This document shows positions 28,215-35,860 of a DNA stretch of 38,238 nt, one piece after another. Below the pieces are notes generated by a model. The model ran no database searches, was not told where the DNA came from, and worked only from the letters and a program-made list of their open reading frames with translations. Source of the stretch: Methanolinea tarda (GTDB taxonomy: Archaea > Halobacteriota > Methanomicrobia > Methanomicrobiales > JACTUA01); contig JBAIXL010000110.1 of assembly GCA_037916685.1 (NCBI GenBank), positions 1 through 38,238 of the forward strand. The letters run 5' to 3'. The position numbers and the translations under genes were made by a program. Each line of letters starts with the position of its first letter. Position 1 is the stretch's first letter.

Positions 28215-28916
28215 CTATTCCTGCGGTTCGATGATCTCCGGCGCGGATTCTTTCTTCTCCGGCCGTTTGAAATTTTCCAGGAGGGTGATCTCCTGCACCG
28301 AAGGAATGGTGGCAAAGATGTCACTGACTACTCTGCCCCGCCAGAGGAGCCAGCGACGGTCATATTGGATACCCGCGGGAAGGGTGATGGAAAGTACCCC
28401 GTCCACATAGGTCACATCCATATCCCTCTGGGAATACAGCTTGATCAGTCCCTGCACCTGTTCCTCGATGGAGTCGACCTTCTCCAGGATGGTCACCGTG
28501 TAATGTGCGGTCTTACCCGCCAGGGGGTGGTTAAAATCTACCAGAACCCGCCGGCCGATCTTATTTACGACCATTCCTTCCCGACCCTCCAGCTGGACTC
28601 GTGTACCGATCTCTGGATTTTCTTTGAACTTGGTCACCGGCACCGATTCCACCAGAGTATCATCGTGTACTCCAAACGCCTTCTCGGGCGGGACATCGAT
28701 CTCGAACCCCTCACCGGGCTCCTTCCCTACCAGCGCTTCATCGAGACCGGCTACCACATGGCTGCTTCCCACGTGGATGATCACCGGACCATAGGCCGCC
28801 GTCTCATTAAAAATTCCTGCATTCTTTGCGGTTTCTTCATCGGTGGTATCAAAAATATTTCCCTCGATCTCACCGGTATAGTTCAATTTGATGAAATCTC
28901 CCTTTTCAACGGGCAT
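28215..28916 (-). CDS. FKBP-type peptidyl-prolyl cis-trans isomerase (long archaeal SlyD-like form)
   Basis: 233 aa: MPVEKGDFIKLNYTGEIEGNIFDTTDEE..., an IF-insert region, and LAGKTAHYTVTILE. Confidence 0.85.
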   Translation of the reverse strand: MPVEKGDFIKLNYTGEIEGNIFDTTDEETAKNAGIFNETAAYGPVIIHVGSSHVVAGLDEALVGKEPGEGFEIDVPPEKAFGVHDDTLVESVPVTKFKENPEIGTRVQLEGREGMVVNKIGRRVLVDFNHPLAGKTAHYTVTILEKVDSIEEQVQGLIKLYSQRDMDVTYVDGVLSITLPAGIQYDRRWLLWRGRVVSDIFATIPSVQEITLLENFKRPEKKESAPEIIEPQE

Positions 28917-29171
28917 CTAATGCACCTTTTCTATAGTACGTAGAGCGATTACCACTTATATTTAACCAAATTCAGGGGTTTTGTCTCACCGTTTCCTGTG
29001 TGATCTTCCGGCAGATCCTGGGTACTCCCACCATAGATATTTCCCTACATTGAATACCTGAACTTCTTTCCTACATTCGGTCACACATCCGTTCCAGAGA
29101 TGGATCGGGGACAAACGGCTCCGCGGGGTTTATACGACATCCTCACCGGATCTGGTACAGGTGCAGGGGTG

Positions 29172-29717
29172 ATGTCCGAATCTCTGGAGATTGAGGGAAA
29201 ATTCCGGGTTGAGTCTCCCGGGGTGTTGAGGAGGAGATTCCATGACCTGCACCTCGTTCCGGCCAGGATCGAAGACCAGCGGGATGTCTATTATTCCTCG
29301 CCGCACAGGGATTTTGCCCATACCGACGAAGCCCTGCGAGTGCGATACGGAACGAACGGAGTCACTCTCACCTATAAGGGGCCCAAGCTTCCCGTGCACG
29401 GTATGAAGGCCCGGGAAGAAATCAATGTGCGGATCGATTCGGGAAACAATCTGGAGACCATCCTTCAACGGCTTGGCCTGTTACCTTCGTTTATCGTGGA
29501 GAAAAAGAGAGAGATCTACGAGTGGAACGGAGTCGAGATCAGCCTGGATGAGGTGCAGGACCTGGGCACCTTCGTAGAGATCGAAATAAAAGGAGCGGTT
29601 CCCCATCCGGAAGAACGGATCGAAGAAGTGAAAAGGAAACTGAAAATCGTGGGTTCGCATATCCCCCTGTCGTATCTGGAACTCCTCCGGGCTCAGACGG
29701 AGCGAAGATCGACCTGA
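29172..29717 (+). CDS. CYTH-domain protein (CyaB-like class IV adenylyl cyclase / triphosphate tunnel metalloenzyme)
   Basis: 181 aa from the ATG at 29172, starting MSESLEIEGKFRV (ExExK motif), with ALRVRY and FVEIEIK strands. The track start at 29100 adds an atypical leader. Confidence 0.8.
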   Translation: MSESLEIEGKFRVESPGVLRRRFHDLHLVPARIEDQRDVYYSSPHRDFAHTDEALRVRYGTNGVTLTYKGPKLPVHGMKAREEINVRIDSGNNLETILQRLGLLPSFIVEKKREIYEWNGVEISLDEVQDLGTFVEIEIKGAVPHPEERIEEVKRKLKIVGSHIPLSYLELLRAQTERRST

Positions 29718-30334
29718 ATATCCTTCTCATCCTCGTTGAAACGAATCAGGGCGTACTGCCCTTCGGAGGCCTGTCCTGGATTGACCACTTTGACTCCGTC
29801 CACCTCAGTTACTCCCCGCTGTTCATGGATGTGGGCGCAGCATACCAGGTCAAATTGCTTGAGATGTTTGCGTATACTCTCGCTTCCTACATGCTGGTCA
29901 TTGACCATATCCAGAATACCCTTGGGAGGCGCATGGGACACCAGCACATGATACATGCTACGGTCCATCGCTTCGATAGCACGGGACAGAATCTGGTCGA
30001 TTTCTTCTTCCGAGAACTCAAAGGGGCAGTGGGAGGGGGTGGGGTTTGAGCCACCCACACCCGCAATAGAGAGCCTTCCAACCGTCAGTGCGGATCCGTG
30101 CAGGGATACGGCATTGGATTCTTCGAACACATCCAGTATCTCTCGGGGATCGCAATTGCCCGGGACCACGAAACAGGGGACATCGATGCGGGACAGTACA
30201 TCCAGCGCACTCTCGGTGGGCCCGAAGTGGGTGATGTCACCGGAAATGATTACCAGATCGGGTTCGTGACTCAAAAAAGAGTCCAGATGGCCCGACTGGC
30301 CGTGAAGGTCCGCGATGAGAAGTACGCTCATCAT
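29693..30334 (-). CDS. Metallophosphoesterase (MJ0936/YfcE-like)
   Basis: 213 aa from the ATG at 30334: MMSVLLIADLHG, IISGDITH, VPGNCD, VSHAPP and CAHIHE. The track start at 30541 lies inside the upstream gene. Confidence 0.8.
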   Translation of the reverse strand: MMSVLLIADLHGQSGHLDSFLSHEPDLVIISGDITHFGPTESALDVLSRIDVPCFVVPGNCDPREILDVFEESNAVSLHGSALTVGRLSIAGVGGSNPTPSHCPFEFSEEEIDQILSRAIEAMDRSMYHVLVSHAPPKGILDMVNDQHVGSESIRKHLKQFDLVCCAHIHEQRGVTEVDGVKVVNPGQASEGQYALIRFNEDEKDIQVDLRSV

Positions 30335-30375
30335 GGATACCACATCTATCGGGAGGCTACAAAAGAGTATCTCCC

Positions 30376-31461
30376 TCACCACGAGCCGGTCAGGGAACCC
30401 TGCAATGCGAGCCTGCCCAGAAAGCGTTCCGCGCCGGGGATCAGATTTTGTGGCGGAAAGCCTGCCAGAGGAGTCCCGGGAAGGGGCAGGAACCGGTGCA
30501 CACGCACCATACCCCTCCGAACAATCTCCCGAATCAGGCACAGGGTCTGCCTCTGATCCTCCTCCTGTTCCATGGGAAGTCCGAGGATGAAGTCCACTAC
30601 CGGTACGAGTCCCGCATCCTGACAGGCGTCGAACGCCAGAAGCACGTCCTGGACCGTGTGACCGCGGTGTAGAGCCGCGAGCACCCGATCACTCCCGGAT
30701 TGGGCACCGAAAGCCAGGCGGTGGTTCGCGCAATGGCGGGTCACCAGTTCCAGACTATGTTCTGTGATAAATTCCGGTCTGACTTCGCTGGGAAAGGTCC
30801 CCAGAAACACATTTCCTCGCAGGGTACAAAGAAGATGTTCTACCTTATCCCACCGGGGAATCCGCCCATCCGATCCGTAGGCAAAAGCGTTCGGGCTTAC
30901 CAGGCGGATGTCCCGATACCGCCGTGCCCATGATGCAATGGTATCGATGCTGCGATGACGCATGCGATGACCGAATATACAGGGAGTCTGACAGTATCCG
31001 CAACGATGCGGGCATCCGCGGGTAATCTCGATATATCCCTTGATGGTTGAGAAAGGAGGATAGGCATCCAGCCGGACGGAATGCCGGGCAGGACGAAACC
31101 CGGAACGCGTCGCCACACCATCCGGTATGATATCCGTTCCCTGCTCGATACAGGTCAGGAGGTCGGGCAGTACCTTTTCCCCTTCCCCCACCACCACATA
31201 GTCTGCCACCGAGGAGACCTCGCGAAAACAGGCGGACGCGTGGGGTCCCCCGACGATAGTTATTCCGGGAGCAGAAATAATCTCTTCCCGGTAGGCAGGA
31301 TAGTTCAATGAATTCAAAGAATAGCAGGTAATGTCTTTTTCGGGAGTGCGGACCGGTACGAGGTGATACCCCGCCATCTCGCAGGCCGCAAAGAGAACCG
31401 CGAAGGTGTTGTTAGCGGAGTTAATCTCCCTCCAATTCACCCGCATAGTCCAGCTCCCCAC
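30376..31461 (-). CDS. Radical SAM protein with an N-terminal B12-binding-like domain (MJ_1487-like family, from memory)
   Basis: 361 aa with EITRGCPHRCGYCQTP (CxxxCxxC). An alternative ATG is at 31446. Confidence 0.78.
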   Translation of the reverse strand: MGSWTMRVNWREINSANNTFAVLFAACEMAGYHLVPVRTPEKDITCYSLNSLNYPAYREEIISAPGITIVGGPHASACFREVSSVADYVVVGEGEKVLPDLLTCIEQGTDIIPDGVATRSGFRPARHSVRLDAYPPFSTIKGYIEITRGCPHRCGYCQTPCIFGHRMRHRSIDTIASWARRYRDIRLVSPNAFAYGSDGRIPRWDKVEHLLCTLRGNVFLGTFPSEVRPEFITEHSLELVTRHCANHRLAFGAQSGSDRVLAALHRGHTVQDVLLAFDACQDAGLVPVVDFILGLPMEQEEDQRQTLCLIREIVRRGMVRVHRFLPLPGTPLAGFPPQNLIPGAERFLGRLALQGSLTGSW

Positions 31462-31834
31462 GGTTTCCGTCCACGGTAACCAGAGTTCCCGGTATCATGC
31501 GGTGGAGGGGTACTTCAGGATGGTCCACCATGGGTATTCCGGCCATAATCGCACCGAGTGCGACGATAGGTTCTGCCTCCTCGTTTATCAGGGCCGCCGG
31601 GGCAAGGCCGTTCATTTTCAGGGCATAGAGAATATAGGAACCCACCGTCGATCCCTTTCCGTGAGGAAACGCGAGTACCTTCCCCTGGATCCGTTCACCT
31701 CTCAGGGGGTGGCCGGTTTCCACGATGATACCGGTATCCGGATTCACACCCGAAAGGAAGGAAAGAGGGGCGAGGGTCACCAGCAACTCCCCTTTCCCGA
31801 TGCCTTTACTGATTCCCCGCCCCCTGATTATCAA
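31421..31834 (-). CDS. UPF0107/DUF126 protein (aconitase-X swivel domain; candidate small subunit of phosphomevalonate dehydratase)
   Basis: Core sequence: IIRGRGISKGIGKGELLV...LSFLSGVNPDTG...GKVLAFPHGKGSTVGSYIL. There is no plausible ATG, so the start is TTG 31834 or GTG 31840. The long track ORF (to 32125) runs antisense into the PAN gene. Confidence 0.75.
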   Translation of the reverse strand: MIIRGRGISKGIGKGELLVTLAPLSFLSGVNPDTGIIVETGHPLRGERIQGKVLAFPHGKGSTVGSYILYALKMNGLAPAALINEEAEPIVALGAIMAGIPMVDHPEVPLHRMIPGTLVTVDGNRGELDYAGELEGD

Positions 31835-31877
31835 AAACACACCTAATAAATGTTGCAAGAGACAACTATATAGTAAC

Positions 31878-33041
31878 ATGGATGAGACTGCTGTAAATAC
31901 CACCGGTTCCGGCAGTGATATACTGAAACTCCAGCTCCAGGAACTGACCGCACAGGTCCTGGATCTGAAAATGAAGCTGGAGACTCTCCAGAGAGAGAAC
32001 AACCAGCTGCGCCGTGAGAATACCCAGCTGAAGCGTATGCCCTTATTCGTTGCCTCCGTGATCGACGTCATGGAGAACGGAGAAGTATACCTTCGGCAGC
32101 AGGGGAATAACCAGGAGTATCTCACTCAGGTAAGCGAGGATCTCCAGGCCGTGCTGAAACCTGGAGCAAAGGTCGCCGTAAACAATGCCCTCTCCATCGT
32201 CAAGGTCATTGGAAATATCTACGATTCCCGTGTCCGGGTGATGGAACTGGAAGAATCTCCCGATGTCACCTTCGATCGGATCGGCGGCCTCAAAAATGAG
32301 ATTGAAGAGATACGGGAGGCGGTAGAATATCCGCTGACCAAGCCGGAGATCTTCCGCAAGATTGGGGTGGAACCCCCTAAAGGGATTCTTCTCTATGGTT
32401 CTCCCGGGACAGGGAAGACCCTGATGGCGAAGGCGGTTGCCCATCAGGCGCATGCGACTTTCATCCGCATGTCCGGGAGCGAACTGGTGCATAAGTTCAT
32501 CGGCGAAGGGGCACAGCTGGTGCGGGAGCTGTTCGCTCTGGCACGGGAAAAGGCACCCTCGATTGTATTCATCGATGAACTCGATGCGATCGGGAGCATG
32601 CGCACGCACGACGGAACTTCCGGCAGTGCAGAAGTGCAGAGAACTCTCATGCAGCTGCTGGCCGAGATGGATGGATTTGACAACCGAGGGGACGTCCGGA
32701 TCATGGCGGCGACCAACCGAATCGACATGCTGGATCCGGCTCTCCTGCGCCCCGGACGGTTCGACCGCATCATCGGCATTCCCTTGCCGGATGCGGCAGC
32801 TCGCCGTGAGATCCTGAAAATCCACTGCCGCGGTATGACGCTCTCCTCCAAAGTGGATCTGGAAGAAGTGGTGAAGATGACCGATAATGCCACCGGTGCC
32901 GATCTCCAAGCCATCTGCCGGGAAGCAGGGATGAACGCGGTCCGCCGGGATGCCGATGCGGTGGAACAGTCCGATCTCACCTATGCGGTCCGAAAAGTAC
33001 GCCGCGAGCCCCCCACCATGGACACGCGGATGTACCGGTGA
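31878..33041 (+). CDS. pan: Proteasome-activating nucleotidase, paralog 1
   Basis: 387 aa from the ATG at 31878. It has an N-terminal coiled coil, Walker A GSPGTGKTLMAKAVA and Walker B IVFIDELDA. The C-terminal MYR fits the HbYX motif. Confidence 0.92.
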   Translation: MDETAVNTTGSGSDILKLQLQELTAQVLDLKMKLETLQRENNQLRRENTQLKRMPLFVASVIDVMENGEVYLRQQGNNQEYLTQVSEDLQAVLKPGAKVAVNNALSIVKVIGNIYDSRVRVMELEESPDVTFDRIGGLKNEIEEIREAVEYPLTKPEIFRKIGVEPPKGILLYGSPGTGKTLMAKAVAHQAHATFIRMSGSELVHKFIGEGAQLVRELFALAREKAPSIVFIDELDAIGSMRTHDGTSGSAEVQRTLMQLLAEMDGFDNRGDVRIMAATNRIDMLDPALLRPGRFDRIIGIPLPDAAARREILKIHCRGMTLSSKVDLEEVVKMTDNATGADLQAICREAGMNAVRRDADAVEQSDLTYAVRKVRREPPTMDTRMYR

Positions 33042-33249
33042 AGAAAATCCATACTCTCTTATTTTGATACGTGGAACAGTACCGCGAAAAGGGAACAGGA
33101 CGGGAATTCTAGGATACGTCCTATTCGTGGGCTATGGGCAATTCCGCGGAATCAACGTCTTCTTATAATCCCATCAACCTCCGATATCTCGTTACCCCCA
33201 TGTTCAACCCAAAGGGTTAACCTGCGTATTTTCGAATACTAGATTATCC

Positions 33250-33948
33250 ATGTGTGGTCGGTTTACTATTGCCATCTCGGTGGGATTTTATGACAGGTTT
33301 CAGGTATCCCCTGAATCTTCTCCACGGCTGGTCTCCCATTACAACATTACCCCAGAACAGGAAATACCGGTGATCGTGAGAAAAATCGATGGTGACCGGA
33401 AGGTTGTATACATGACCTGGGGTCTGGTCCCCTCATGGTCACAGGACCGCAGAACCGGGCACCATCCCATCAACGCACAGGCGGAGACGATTTCTGATAA
33501 ACCGATGTTTGCTCGACTGGTGGAAAGAATGAGGTGCCTAATACCGGCCAGCGGTTTTTACGAGTGGAAAAATACAAAAAGGGGTAAGATTCCGTATTAC
33601 ATCCACCGGAAGGATGAAGCTCTGTTTGCCTTCGCAGGACTGTATGACGTGTGGAAAGGGGAGGATCCGCCCTTCTGCTCCTGCACCATCGTCACCACTG
33701 CGCCCAATCCTGTGATCACCCCCCTGCATGATCGCATGCCCGCCATTCTCCGCAGGGAGGATGAATCCACATGGCTGGCAGAATCAACCCCGGATCCGAT
33801 TGCACTCACCCACCTCCTTTCCCCGTATCCGGCAGAAGACCTGGAATCGTATCCCGTCTCGCTACGGGTAAACGATACTACCCAGGATTCCCGTGCGCTG
33901 ATCGGTCCATTGAAGCAGATGCACCTCATTCCGGTGGGAGACTCATGA
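33250..33948 (+). CDS. SRAP (SOS response-associated peptidase; HMCES/YedK family) abasic-site processing protein
   Basis: 232 aa with N-terminal MCGRF (catalytic Cys2), ASGFYEWK, and TTAPNPVITPLHDRMPAIL. Confidence 0.88.
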   Translation: MCGRFTIAISVGFYDRFQVSPESSPRLVSHYNITPEQEIPVIVRKIDGDRKVVYMTWGLVPSWSQDRRTGHHPINAQAETISDKPMFARLVERMRCLIPASGFYEWKNTKRGKIPYYIHRKDEALFAFAGLYDVWKGEDPPFCSCTIVTTAPNPVITPLHDRMPAILRREDESTWLAESTPDPIALTHLLSPYPAEDLESYPVSLRVNDTTQDSRALIGPLKQMHLIPVGDS

Positions 33949-34436
33949 GGATTATCTTCGTCGGGAAGGAGGACGTGGACCTGTTGGAGACTCTGATGAA
34001 CTCCGAAACCAGCCGTATCATCCTGCGATTTTATTCTCCCCAGAAACATCCCTGTGGGATCCAGCTCTCGTTGTCCTCTCTTGGGATTGCACTCTCTCTG
34101 GTATCTGAACTTCGGTGGTACCGGCGGCGGTATATGGCGGGAGTACTGTTCGAGCTGCAGGAGGGGATCTTTGGGACTTATGGATTGGCAAAAGAGGTAT
34201 ATGAGCGCGACATCCGTCTGGACGGTGAGGGGATTCGCCGGTCTCTCTATGGACTGCAAGACGGAAGATTCCGGCGGATAGAAGACTCTCCATCCCATCT
34301 CCGCTCCCCAGGAGACCCGTCCGTAACGGAGGATGTGCTGGAGGTCTGGTCTCTTGAGCAGGAGACAGCGGAGACGGATGAGGATACCGGTGACGGAGAT
34401 GAACCAGGTGAAAACCATTTTAGCGAGGGAATGTAA
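33945..34436 (+). CDS. Hypothetical protein, possible degenerate winged-helix, with an acidic C-terminal tail; coupled to SRAP
   Basis: 163 aa. The ATG at 33945 overlaps the SRAP TGA (ATGA), and GGTGGGAG lies upstream. The segment LGIALSLVSELRWYRRRYMAGVLFELQEGIFGTYGL resembles the recognition helix plus wing of an ArsR/TrmB-like wHTH. The tail is EQETAETDEDTGDGDEPGE. Confidence 0.5.
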   Translation: MRIIFVGKEDVDLLETLMNSETSRIILRFYSPQKHPCGIQLSLSSLGIALSLVSELRWYRRRYMAGVLFELQEGIFGTYGLAKEVYERDIRLDGEGIRRSLYGLQDGRFRRIEDSPSHLRSPGDPSVTEDVLEVWSLEQETAETDEDTGDGDEPGENHFSEGM

Positions 34437-34466
34437 TACATACCATACATCGACCGAGTGTCTACC

Positions 34467-35465
34467 ATGAAAAAAGATGACAAGAAAGCCACGGAAAAAA
34501 CCACAGCACCCCAGGGTATAAACCTCTGGATGGTCACCACTGCCGTGCTGGGTATCGCCCTTCTGATCCTTATCGCATTGTTTCTTCAATCCGGGGGAAG
34601 CACTACCCCATCCGGCACCGTTTCCGCTGAAACGTGTGGAGCACGAATGATCACCTATATCAACGATAACTTCGTGCAGGCCGGAAGCCAGGCGGTCTTT
34701 GAGAAGGCCGTGGAACGAAACGGAGTCTACCAGATCAACACCACCTATCAGGGGAATACCATCTCGGTCTATGCGACCCAGGACTGTGAACTGCTGTTTC
34801 TGGATTACGTTGATGTGAAGAATACCACACCGGTTCCGACAACCACCGTTACTCCCCCGTCAACCCCCGTAAAGTCCGCCGTACCCGTCGTAGATCTCTA
34901 TGTCATGTCTTTCTGTCCCTACGGCGTTCAGGCCGAGAACAGTATGAAACCGGTGGTGGATCTACTGGGATCCCGGGCGAACGTTACGATCCGGTACATC
35001 GCTTCGGTCAATGGGAATACCATCAACAATGTCAGTTCCCTGCATGGTCTGAATGAGGCGAAGGAGGATGCCCGCCAGCTCTGCATTATGCAGAAGTATC
35101 CCGGCCAGTACTGGTCCTACCTGATGCAGATCAACAGTCAGTGCTATCCCCTGGCGTCCAACGGCACCGCTCTGGATGCGTGCTGGAAGCAGGTCGCAAC
35201 CGGGCTGGGAATCGATGTCGTCCAGATCGAGTCCTGTGCCTATGGATCCGAAGGGCTTGCCCTGCTCAGAACCAGCGAAGAGAAGGTGGACCAGTACGGT
35301 GTGACCGGATCGCCCACGCTCTTCATCAACGGACAGAAATACAGCGGATCCCGCACTCCGGAGGCTTTTAAAACCGCCATCTGCAATGCGTTCCAGACTA
35401 TGCCGGCAGAATGCTCCATGAACCTCTCCACGAACGTGACACCGGCCAGTGGATCCTGCGGATAA
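34467..35465 (+). CDS. Membrane-anchored or secreted thioredoxin-fold (DsbA/GILT-like) protein
   Basis: 332 aa from the ATG at 34467. It has an N-terminal TM anchor and a Thr/Pro linker (TTPVPTTTVTPPSTPV). The C-terminal domain contains DLYVMSFCPYGVQAE and GSPTLFINGQKY. Confidence 0.65.
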   Translation: MKKDDKKATEKTTAPQGINLWMVTTAVLGIALLILIALFLQSGGSTTPSGTVSAETCGARMITYINDNFVQAGSQAVFEKAVERNGVYQINTTYQGNTISVYATQDCELLFLDYVDVKNTTPVPTTTVTPPSTPVKSAVPVVDLYVMSFCPYGVQAENSMKPVVDLLGSRANVTIRYIASVNGNTINNVSSLHGLNEAKEDARQLCIMQKYPGQYWSYLMQINSQCYPLASNGTALDACWKQVATGLGIDVVQIESCAYGSEGLALLRTSEEKVDQYGVTGSPTLFINGQKYSGSRTPEAFKTAICNAFQTMPAECSMNLSTNVTPASGSCG

Positions 35466-35472
35466 CGATCTC

Positions 35473-35479
35473 TTTTTTT
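35473..35479 (+). terminator. Oligo-T terminator after the thioredoxin-fold gene
   Basis: A T7 run lies 8 nt after the TAA at 35463-35465. Confidence 0.55.
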
Positions 35480-35836
35480 GCATTCATCCCATTTTTGCCC
35501 TCAACATCCGGCCAGGGGCGAACCATAATCCCTCAAAACAGTGGATTTCTTTTGAGCGGGAAGAAAATATCTCCTGATGACCGGAATCGTGATGAATCCG
35601 ATGGTGAAAAGGTCATTTTCCAACTATCCCGTTATTGGGATGATACGATAAATAATTTTAAAAGCAGAGAGGTAAACGGATCTATCCTTCCTTAATTCAG
35701 TCCTGTTTTAATGTGAGTTGCCATGGGGTCCGTGTTGATTTTTTGTGATGACGGATCACCCGTTCACGCAAAGAAAGGAGGATCTGGCGACACAATCGGA
35801 ATTCCACCATTGCACCCCATTCCCACCGAAGGTCAG

Positions 35837-35843
35837 AAAAAAA
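35837..35843 (-). terminator. Oligo-T terminator after PAN paralog 2
   Basis: An A7 run on the plus strand (T7 on the minus strand) lies 18 nt after the stop at 35861. Confidence 0.55.
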
Positions 35844-35860
35844 GGATCGGATCGCGGGGA

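Noticed and set aside
32400-32620. The PAN paralogs as inverted repeats capable of inverting the intervening segment
   Set aside because: The longest identical run I could find is 16 nt and overall nucleotide identity looks only moderate, which is insufficient for homologous recombination.
32043-32909. 288-aa ORF antisense to PAN paralog 1 (and similarly 35922..36524 antisense to paralog 2)
   Set aside because: Both are shadow frames of AAA+ genes with clear Walker motifs on the other strand.
33597-34589. 330-aa minus-strand ORF spanning the SRAP 3' half, the coupled 163-aa ORF and the start of the thioredoxin-fold gene
   Set aside because: It overlaps two well-supported plus-strand genes and its sequence is low-complexity. 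The plus-strand frame between them has ATGA coupling and an SD sequence, so I favour the plus-strand model.
35575-35595. Two UGAUGA hexamers 9 nt apart, considered as C/C' boxes of a C/D box sRNA
   Set aside because: No CUGA D or D' boxes at the required spacing and no terminal stem, so the architecture does not fit.
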